From: Macrostomum lignano | Taxonomy: Eukaryota | DNA length: 64,000 nucleotides | Direction: 5' to 3' | Assembly: GCA_002269645.1 (NCBI GenBank) | Contig: NIVC01000251.1 | Coordinates: 558,001-622,000, forward strand | Shown: one piece after another, positions 11,201 through 19,664 of the stretch | Layout of the letters: every line of letters starts with the position of its first letter | Numbering within the stretch: position 1 is the stretch's first letter | Notes under the pieces: model-generated | What the model saw: the letters and a program-made list of their open reading frames with translations, nothing else | Databases searched by the model: none | Told to the model about the DNA's origin: nothing | Program-made: the position numbers and the translations under genes

Positions 11201-12327
11201 GCATGCACTCATATTCATGCTAACACAGGGTCTACAGTGGCCCCCATACTTTCTAATCGTCGGGTTTGTGTACGCTCTCTCTGCCTTGGAGGCTGGCCCT
11301 TATGGGTGTGAAGCGGGGCACCAAAACCCCCAAGCCAATTTTCGTGTACACGAGCCCCAAACTAATGTAGTCACGCGCGCGAAATCGAATCAAGGATCGC
11401 GGCGTTAGAGTCAGAAGCTTTTACCGCTGAGCTGCTCTGGTAGACACTGAGACACGCTAAGACAAACGTCAAGAGACTAGGCGGCAGTTTTAACTAAGTT
11501 CTTGTGCTAAGAAACGACAAAAAGCACTCGTAGCTACATGTTAACTCACAACGATCCTTGAAGCAGACAATCAAAGAGTTGTCTTTCGCTTGAATGACCT
11601 TCTCAACGTTAAAGTCGTCTCCGGTTTGGCCAGGCGACCAAGTGTTTCTGAGAAACAACATCGGCATAGCAACCAGCCTGGCAGGCAGCGCTGAGCAGTT
11701 AGTGATGCTTAGCTGCAGGTAGAGCCGTTCAGGCGTCAGTTTGCACATTTCGAATTCCATTTCAAAGTAGCGCTGCTCCGAATACCAGTTGTTGAAGTCA
11801 GTCAGAGAGACAGCGGCACTGCGAACCGAGTTCATTGCGGACACATCAGCTGCACCTTCCAGCCTCTCCATCTGATGCAAGTGCCTGTAGGGATACTCAG
11901 TCTGAGGATAAAGGAAATCGGCTCCGATGTACTTGTACTGCGGATCGGCCGCCTTGTACGAGTAAACCTCCTTGACGTCCTCGCCATGAGCACCCTGCGA
12001 GTTAGTCAGCCCGTAGAATCGCTCCTTAAGATGATCGTCCCTGTAGTTCCAGAAGGCGTAGGAGTGGCAGACTCGGCAGTCGCGATCGCACACGCCGAAA
12101 ATGCCGTCCTCGCAGTAGCGATACGGCACGCTGGCGGCTTGTTCGTAGGGAAACTCGGCCCAGTTCGAGCCGTCAAGACCGCCAGTCTCGCGTACCGTGC
12201 CCCACTCGCGCTGGCTCATGTAGGGTCCCCAGAGCTGCCAGCGCGGATCCGTGCTTGGGGGCAGCTCGGCAGAATCGAACTCGTTGCCCTCCAGTTTGTT
12301 GCTAGGAGATTTTTTATTATTAATCAT
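5209..12327 (-). CDS. YMR196W/MGH1-like six-hairpin glycoside hydrolase (GH63-type), 6 exons, ~980 aa
   Basis: Exons 12327-11550, 11098-10366, 9552-9345, 7411-6761, 6567-6150 and 5363-5209 join in phase (2943 nt). Family motifs occur in order: WGPYMSQREWGTVRE, EDGIFG, LKERFYGLTNSQGAHGEDVKE, PDKWEQP.LAAWD.A.H, WW..R.D..G....GG..G.D, E.QFLSQYGIRTMS, GGNTNWYG, FYETFDGDTGRGHGAAH.GGW. Confidence 0.88.
5445..6098. repeat. 27-28-bp C-rich minisatellite (CCTTACCCCACTCCCC(G/TC)TCTGTCCCTC) in glycosidase intron 5
   Basis: Direct tandem repeat; ORFs 5348..6223 and 5395..6135 are artefacts. Confidence 0.95.
7492..9283. repeat. 22-bp minisatellite AAACCTGACACTAAACTCAATC, ~80 copies, in glycosidase intron 3
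   Basis: Read directly. Confidence 0.97.
10011..10292 (-). mobile_element. tRNA-derived CORE-type SINE, copy 1
   Basis: Minus-strand tRNA head with A box (TAGCCTTGTGG) and B box (GGTTCGATTC); MIR-core-like CCCATTTTACAG.TG.G..AACTGA.GC; (ATT)n tail; 11-bp TSD TTACTAGGGAT at 10000-10010 and 10293-10303. Second copy at 19974-20238. Confidence 0.85.
11374..11442 (-). mobile_element. Degenerate tRNA-like head, probably of another SINE, in glycosidase intron 1
   Basis: Minus strand reads AGCTCAGCGG (A-box-like) and GATTCGATTTC (degenerate B box); no proper acceptor stem and no second copy in the window. Confidence 0.35.
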
Positions 12328-13010
12328 CTTGCTAGCTACGTTAATATAAGACCAATTCCAAACGTTCTTTAAATTGTTTTTTCCCTCTCATCAATTTTTG
12401 CCGAAAAAACGGGTTTGTCCACAGACAATAAACGCAATCGAAACTAGTATACTTTGTAGAAGCTGAGGTTTAGCTCAATTTGAAATTTACAAGCAAGTTT
12501 TTCAGTCAAAGCATGATGACGTTCAATAAGAAAGTTCTCTATAACATCATCAATATGCCAGAATCATCCTATCAACAACGTCGGTCAAAGATGATCTTGT
12601 CATTAATTTTCCGACCATCAACTACACTCAGCTTTCTGTGCGGCCAGAGCTAGTGTGCTGGACAGCATTGGCAAAGCTGTCAAATACTGTTTCTCCGTGT
12701 TTCTTCCGACGTCTCGATTGAACACCCTCGTCCCCTTTGATTCATAGTCACATAGACAATTGACTTGATCTATGGATCCAGTTCGTCTATGGCACCATCA
12801 GCCAATGAAATAGCACGTAGTGTGCGGACAAGCCATCAACGTTGTAACAATGTACGCATTAGTTTGAGAAATTCCAAGTAGGAAAAACACAAGCCAATGA
12901 AATTTATCCAATCAGACCAGCTAGTTTTAGTAGTATGCAGACAATACACAATCATAAAGATAAGCTACGTCGCTAAATAGTCCATTGATTCTATCCTCTA
13001 AATCACGAAC
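12328..13010. promoter_or_regulatory. Putative divergent (head-to-head) promoter region with three CCAAT motifs
   Basis: Lies between ATG 12327 (-) and ATG 13011 (+); AGCCAATGAAAT occurs at 12800 and 12892, and a further CCAAT at 12908. Confidence 0.45.
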
Positions 13011-14747
13011 ATGTCAGACGAGAAACCAACCGCAGTCCACAAGGCAGCAATTCTGCTACCTGTTCAAGCTTGGCTGTCAAGCACATCTGCTCACGGTTTG
13101 AGCAGACTCTCTGGTCAGCGACCAATCTACATCAAACTAATTTGGCTGCTGGCTTTCGCCTCATTCATGACGATCTTTGTCATCCAGGTGCAAGTCTTTG
13201 TGAACAAGTACCATGAAAAGCCGCAGACGACCACTCTGCAGGAGGATTCGGTGGAGTTCGAGTTCCCGGACCTGGTCATCTGCAGCACGAACATTGTGTC
13301 GGGAAGTTATCCCTACTTTCTGGACTCACAACAAGTGTCACAAATCAACAGCTATGTGAATAAAACCGAGGAGATGCTCGGTGAACCTCATCGTGAAGAC
13401 ATGGCCCGCAATTTTGCCAAATCCCTGACGGCGACCCTGCCTTATCGACTACTGAGTGACAGCTTCGGTCACAAAGCCGACCAGATGGTTATAATAAACT
13501 CAATCAACGGATTTGGTGGAGAAAGGGTTCACTTCAGCACCTTCCACAGCCCGTCAGAGCTTAACTGTGTCCGCTTCGAGCCCACAGATGAGCAGAGAGA
13601 AGCTCTGAGCATTGAGAGCAACTTCTTGCACATAATCTTATTTCTCGATGCCACATTTTACAAGTTTCCAAAGACCTCAAAAATCTCCCCGGTGCCTATG
13701 AAAGATCAACCTGGTTACGATTTTCTTTCCTGGGATCTTGATGGAGGTTTGAATTTTCAGGATTCGAATGCTATAAATTTGTACTTCGCTAAACGAGGTC
13801 ACTACCCGAGTCCTGACTCTGTTCTGCAGCTGAGCTCTGGAAAAGTGTACACAATTAACCTGGAGATGGAAAAGCTGACACTGTCCAAGGGGATGCAGTG
13901 CCTCTCTGATCCCGAGCCCATGAGGATTTTAAGTCCGTACAACGGGTCCGAGACGGCTTACCAGTACAGCCAGTACCTTTGCCGCTCTGAGAGGATAAAC
14001 GAGCTTTTGATGGAGCAAAGCGGCTGCGTGAACCACCTGCTGCCGAGGAGCAAAAGATTCGAAAGCGCCCTCGGATGCATGAACGCTAGCTGGGTTCATG
14101 AAAGAAACTTGACGTTGGCCAAATATATTGCGCTTTTAAAGATCTTCGAATCCATCGATCAAAAGGATATCCAACAGTACTGCAATGAGCGACGCCCCTG
14201 CAAAACTTCGAGCTACACTTATGCATATTCTTTCGGTGCCTGGCCTAGAATTTATTCGACTAATCAAGCCTCACTACTGAATAAAATCTTAAAACTGGTT
14301 AATAAATCCAAAAAAAAGCATCCCGGATACGTTGATTTGGAGTCTATCGTTAGGAAGATGCTTGACAACATGACCACGGAACGCAGTCTGATCGCCAGCA
14401 ACTATATGCAGGACCAGCTGATGCGAATCAAGGTCAAAGCCGGAAAATCCTTTGGACCGACAGTCACAATCCAGCGCAGCTACGAGTTGGCTAACCTCGT
14501 GTCGGACACTTGCGGAATTCTGGGCCTCTACATGGGCTGCTCTCTGCTGACTGTGCTGGAGGTGCTCGAGCTGCTGCACGACTGCCTGCTCGGCTGCTGT
14601 TCCGTCGGGACCGGAGCAGTGGCGCCTCGGACAGGCGACGACGAAGAGGACAAGAACGATCGGGCCGGAAGTGGGACGCGCGTCAATGCGGATGCCAGCG
14701 GCAACACTGGATGCCTTAATACTACTTTGGTCGATCCTTTCGGTTAG
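13011..14747 (+). CDS. DEG/ENaC (amiloride-sensitive sodium channel) family subunit, intronless, 578 aa
   Basis: N-terminal STSAHG motif, TM1, post-TM1 FPDLVICSTN, Cys-rich ectodomain, and TM2 SDTCGILGLYMGCSLLTVLE with a GxS filter. Confidence 0.93.
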   Translation: MSDEKPTAVHKAAILLPVQAWLSSTSAHGLSRLSGQRPIYIKLIWLLAFASFMTIFVIQVQVFVNKYHEKPQTTTLQEDSVEFEFPDLVICSTNIVSGSYPYFLDSQQVSQINSYVNKTEEMLGEPHREDMARNFAKSLTATLPYRLLSDSFGHKADQMVIINSINGFGGERVHFSTFHSPSELNCVRFEPTDEQREALSIESNFLHIILFLDATFYKFPKTSKISPVPMKDQPGYDFLSWDLDGGLNFQDSNAINLYFAKRGHYPSPDSVLQLSSGKVYTINLEMEKLTLSKGMQCLSDPEPMRILSPYNGSETAYQYSQYLCRSERINELLMEQSGCVNHLLPRSKRFESALGCMNASWVHERNLTLAKYIALLKIFESIDQKDIQQYCNERRPCKTSSYTYAYSFGAWPRIYSTNQASLLNKILKLVNKSKKKHPGYVDLESIVRKMLDNMTTERSLIASNYMQDQLMRIKVKAGKSFGPTVTIQRSYELANLVSDTCGILGLYMGCSLLTVLEVLELLHDCLLGCCSVGTGAVAPRTGDDEEDKNDRAGSGTRVNADASGNTGCLNTTLVDPFG

Positions 14748-16072
14748 GACGCGTATCATAAAAGTTGTTGACCTACTTGGAACTTGAATATAAACGATAA
14801 ATACTGACTCTTTACTTAAATATAGCTGTTAGCTACTGAACTAAAAAGGAATCCCGTGGGTGTTTTGGGCCCTGTTGAAGATTAAAGCGACAATCGCACG
14901 ATGACAACCTTTGACAAGAATGTGCGCACGAGCCTCAATACGAGCTATAGATACTAGTTGGATGCGTTACCGATGCTACTCACCTTGTTATTCCTTTTTA
15001 TTCTATCTATTAGTAACGAAAAAATCTCAGTTTAAAACTTTATAATCTGGCACATTTTACAGTTTTATTCTAAATCTTGCTGATATATTTCACTCGCTGT
15101 GTCGCGCACTCTTGAATACGCAGGTAAATTAATTCACGGGGTATCATTAACAATCAATATTTTAGTTATGTACTCGTAGAAAAAGCAAAACTGTTTGTTT
15201 TATTGGCTAATCTAATTTTCAAATCCCAAGTCTTTTCAAGTCTGACTCAGGAAATTTCCTGTGCAGAAAACAAGAAGTCAAAAAGGAAATCTCAAGGATC
15301 TTTTTTAGGACGCTGAAATGCGCAATTTTCATCAGCTATCAGCACTGGCTCGGTTGTTAGGCGAATTTCGCGAATTCAGCCTCAGATAAAACATGTTTAT
15401 CATCTACTTGCAACTGCTTATTTTCCATTAGGAAAATTTGCATAGGCACAAGTATTTACTGATTCCAAATAATGGTTAAATGACCGGCCGAGGTAGATGG
15501 CTAAATGACGGATATAATTGATTCAAATTTTGCATCAATGCGTCAGTCACTTCAGCTGTGGTGCTGCATCCAATGTTTGCATCAGACTGACCTGCTCGCT
15601 TCTGTGTTACAGTGTAGGTCACAGTCGCAGATCCAGCCTCTTATATTTGCAGGGCGTTAGATAAATACGAATTCGGGCCTACGTTGACTCATTTGCTGTA
15701 TTAATTAACTTCATATTAATCGATTAGCTACAGAAATTAAGGGACTATTATTGCCAGACTGACCAACATTGTATCATTGTATATAGATCAGCTCTGTCAA
15801 AAATTCAGAGCTAATTATGTTCGTTGCGATATCAATGACCATCGACCACACTCAGTGAAAAGGCTTAGTCCAGTATAAATCAACGAGGCGGTCTTAAACT
15901 CAAGCAAGAACGCTGCCGTCGATGACAGCTGGACGGTTTTGAGGCCACTTGAACTACACCCAGGGGAGTGGCAGGATGTTTCTTAGCCAAGACTTCAGCT
16001 GCAGCCTGTGCGTCGCCACGTCACTCGCCAGAGCAAACAACCGACAAGGAACAGAAAGAATACAAACAATCA

Positions 16073-16262
16073 GCCGTATGCAGAAAGCTCTGTCTAGGGT
16101 AGTCCGGTCTTGAAAAGCTAGTCTGGACTTGGATTTGGTATGCAGAAACGCAAAGTTAGACCGGTCTACTACAGACAGAACTAGGGTAGCTGGACCATAG
16201 ACTATAGACTGAACTACCCAAGTCCGGACTAGCTAGTCTGGACTAAGCTTTCTGCATACGGC
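16073..16262. mobile_element. 190-bp MITE with perfect 17-bp terminal inverted repeats
   Basis: GCCGTATGCAGAAAGCT at 16073-16089 and AGCTTTCTGCATACGGC at 16246-16262; internal TAGTCC/TGGACT repeats; no clear TSD. Confidence 0.75.
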
Positions 16263-16742
16263 CCAATGTTTAAAAACAAGAACGACTTAGGTTAAAAAGT
16301 GAGAGAAATGACTGTTTCTTGATTAATTTTTTTCACCTATGCTACACTGATAAAATTAAGTTGTCAAGTTCACATTTTTTATAGTTAATTTTGTTTGACA
16401 CGCACTAAATAAAGAGCATGCTTTATTATAAGTCGTATATTATATTTAATAACATGCATGTTACCGAGTGAAATAAACTGAACCGGAGCTGAAAATTGAG
16501 TAAAACAGAGTCACTGTATTAAAGAAAAAATGCTTCCGTTATAATAGCAACATATGAATGTAATCAAGCAACGATAATAACCTGCTAGACACAAAATCCC
16601 ATTTAGCACCAATAATCCTCTTTAGGGAATAGTTTAAATTAATAAAGAAATACAGCTGACGTTTGTTTGATGCTTCAGTGATGGGATCTGTCAGATCGGT
16701 CAACGTCTCCGTTTGAGGACAGACGTATCAAACCAACTCTGT

Positions 16743-18931
16743 TCACTCCGGATCGCTCTCGTACTGATGCATCTGCTTGTAGATATCCTTCAACAGCAGA
16801 ACCGCTTTCTTCCGGGGCAATGGACGGACGCCGTATTTTCGCAACGACTCGGCCAGTTCAGGTGTGCTTGACGCTTCGTAGTCGCGCATTGGTGTAAACG
16901 GCGAAGGCGAACGTTGTTGGCGACGGTTGCCTCGATTTGCGCCTGCTCCACCGCCACCGCCTCCACCGCCTCGAAGGGCTTTAAATCGAAAGCGTTGCTG
17001 CTTCTGCTGCTGCTGCTGCGGTTGCGTCTCTTGATTATTATCTATGCGCTGCGTCGCATAGGATACTGGCAATATACGCGGCGTCGTTGGCAACGGTTGC
17101 GACGAGATCCGACGAAATTGAACAGTTGGCGAAGATACCGATTTGACTTTGGTGGAATTTTTCAATTCACTGGGAGTCAAAGGAACGGGTGTCGGTGGGT
17201 TAGGTGACACGGGATCTGTGGTGAGAGGCGCGGTTGTCAAAGGCGGTGTTGAAGGATCAGTAGCTAAGGGCGCGGATGTAAAAGTCAGAGAATCAGACTT
17301 TATCTGTTCAGGCGTCAAAGACGCCGGTATCAACGGATCAGAAACTGGAGGCGCAGGCGTCGGAGGCTGATCAAAAAAGGACGCCTCGCAAAGGTGATCG
17401 CAGGCTGGAACAGAAATCGCTGACAAATTGTTGAAACTGGATCCACAATCAACTTGTTCCTCGGCAACGCAGTCGTCAATGCCATCGGAATTCTGCTGCT
17501 GACTTTCATAATCTTCATCGTCATCAGAAGCGGCAAACAGATCGCAGCAGCTACTGTTATTGGCATCGGATTTTATTGTCGGTTCAATCTTGGCATCATC
17601 AACTGCAGTTGGAACTTTTTTTATAACTGGTTGGCTAGAGACATTGTCGTTTTCAACATCGTCAGCATTACTAACCGGCAACCAGCCGTGAGTCTCTTCC
17701 ATAATCAAAGAATTTTCGAGTTTACGCCGCTTTTCCGAGTGCGATAGTGCTACATCAGCGTCTTCATCATCATTGATAGACTCTGAATGACGCTTTTTTG
17801 AGATTATGGTTGCATCGACAATAGGACTATCGGAACGCCACGAGGACAGAAGCTGCTTAGCCGCATCGGTCAGTGGCTCTTTGCCGCCGGAATACAAGAA
17901 TTTCAACAAAGAAATCAGATCATCTTTACTGACACCTGTCAAAGGAATTCGACCTTCAGCATCCGTGCTTCGATCTAATCGTTGCAAGCACGACAAAGGA
18001 CAACGAGCGGCAAAGACGAATCGATGCGCTGGAATGATACAGCCATCCGATGATTCGATAAGAAAATGCAAATCCGCGCATAGTTCGTTACCGACCATCG
18101 ATTGGAAATCGGACAAAGCTTTATCGATTGTTGGTGCGGTTTCTGAAGTAGCAGTAACAGCTACAGTTTGCGATTGGTTGGCAAGATTTACTGGACTCTC
18201 CTCAGTAGAGGGTGTAGGCTTATCGACAGATTCAACCGTATCTACTGGAACGGCAGCTACAGATTCTGTCTTCAACGAATCATCTTCCGCTGCCATACAG
18301 ACCACGCCGGGCAGCAACTCCAACAGATCCGGTACAAGATAGCGCAATCGCGGCTGCATTTCAATCGAAGTCAAACGCCACAGATCGCTGCGAACTGTGC
18401 CGCTAGCAATTTGAGCCGGCGGATCCGATGCTGGTCGGAGAATTTCTGCAACAGCGGCTAGAAGTCGTTCCCGTCGAGCCTCCGGAGTGATTCGGAACAC
18501 GGACGGCACCGAGGCAACAGCTCGTCGGGTTTCTTCGGCTTCTTTCGCCGCAACTTTACGAGCAGCTTCGGCGCTACGGACAAAGCCAACGCCGTTTGAA
18601 GATCTTCGTCTGCTGCTCGCCGAAGCAACGACTTCAACGACGGCTCTGGTCGTTGACGATTATCCGAGCTATCTATCAAACGCTTCGATTGACGTCGATT
18701 TGACGATTCATTGTTAGATTTCTTAGCGCACCTGGCCAGGTGTTGATCTCGACGAGCTTCCGTCCAGGTGGACAACAAGCGACCGCAAGTTGGACAGCGA
18801 CCGTCGGCTGTGAGAGGGTCGGCGACGGGTTTGGCCGCTTCAAATGGGAGCTCCGTTTCAGGCAGAAAGTGATGCGTATTGTTACATGACCAATTACTGA
18901 ATGCATAAATGGTTTGAAATTGCATGCACAT
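16743..18931 (-). CDS. SLX4: Structure-specific endonuclease scaffold SLX4 (one apparent 1-nt frameshift near 18578)
   Basis: Domain order: UBZ4 (CPTCGR..RDQHLARC), MLR-like DEDLQTALALS(RS), BTB (DFQSMVGNELCADLHF...IPAHRFVFAARCP), SAP (FTPMRDY...LRKYGVRPLPRKKAVLLLKDIY). Restoring one C in TCC(C)GT joins ORFs 18458..18931 and 16743..18509. The 5' end is unresolved. Confidence 0.88.
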
Positions 18932-19089
18932 AATAAAAGCCTAACACTAATGAGCACATTTACTATAAGTGAATTCTTGTTTGCAGTCCTCGACTTGCAA
19001 TACTACATGCACAAGTTTGTTAATACGATTGGTGTAGTTCAGATGCAAAAAGCCTGACTATATGAAAGAATAATGAAGGATGGTTCAGT

Positions 19090-19493
19090 CTGAGGATCTG
19101 GGAGGCTGGCCCAGTAACTGAGAATCTGGGAGGCTAGCCCAGCAACTGAGGATCTGGGAGGCTGGCCCAGTAACTGAGGATCTGGGAGGCTGGCCCAGTA
19201 ACTGAGGATCTGGGAGGCTGGCCCAGTAACTGAGGATCTGGGAGGCTAGCCCAGCAACTGAGGATCTGGGAGGCTGGCCCAGCAATGGGGATCTGGGAGG
19301 CTGGCCCAGCAACTGAGGATCTGGGAGGCTGGCCCAGCAACTGGGGATCTGGGAGGCTAGCCCAGCAACTGAGGATCTGGGAGGCTGGCCCAGCAACTGG
19401 GGATCTGGGAGGCTGGCCCAGCAACTGGGGATCTGGGAGGTGGATGGCCCAGCAACTGAGGATCTGGGAGGCTGGTCCAGCAACTGAGGATCT
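19090..19493. repeat. 28-bp minisatellite CTGGGAGGCTGGCCCAGCAACTGAGGAT, array 1
   Basis: Direct tandem; the same unit occurs at 20795-21242 and 22661-23083. Confidence 0.95.
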
Positions 19494-19664
19494 AAGAGGC
19501 CGTATAAACATAAAGTAAAATAATTAACAAGCAGACTCTGTTAAAAAGATTGGCTCAGTTGTAACAATTTCTGTAATTGGCATTGTTTTAAATGCAATGA
19601 AATCATATTGAAAAGCAAAAACAAAGTGAGAATAATAATGACACAATCCATCATAATAAATCAG

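Noticed and set aside
5209-12327. Bacterial contamination as the explanation for the glycosidase
   Set aside because: Five spliceosomal introns in consistent phase contain host SINE and minisatellite DNA, and the sequence is continuous with animal genes.
15470-15660. GRWLND motif suggestive of a Ulp1-like protease remnant
   Set aside because: It needs a frameshift, has no catalytic HW or Cys motif, and sits in a small local duplication; too weak.
11875-18461. Antisense or alternate-frame ORFs overlapping real genes (11875..12372, 14289..14759, 16914..17207, 17806..18342 and others)
   Set aside because: Shadow ORFs of GC-rich coding sequence with no motifs of their own.
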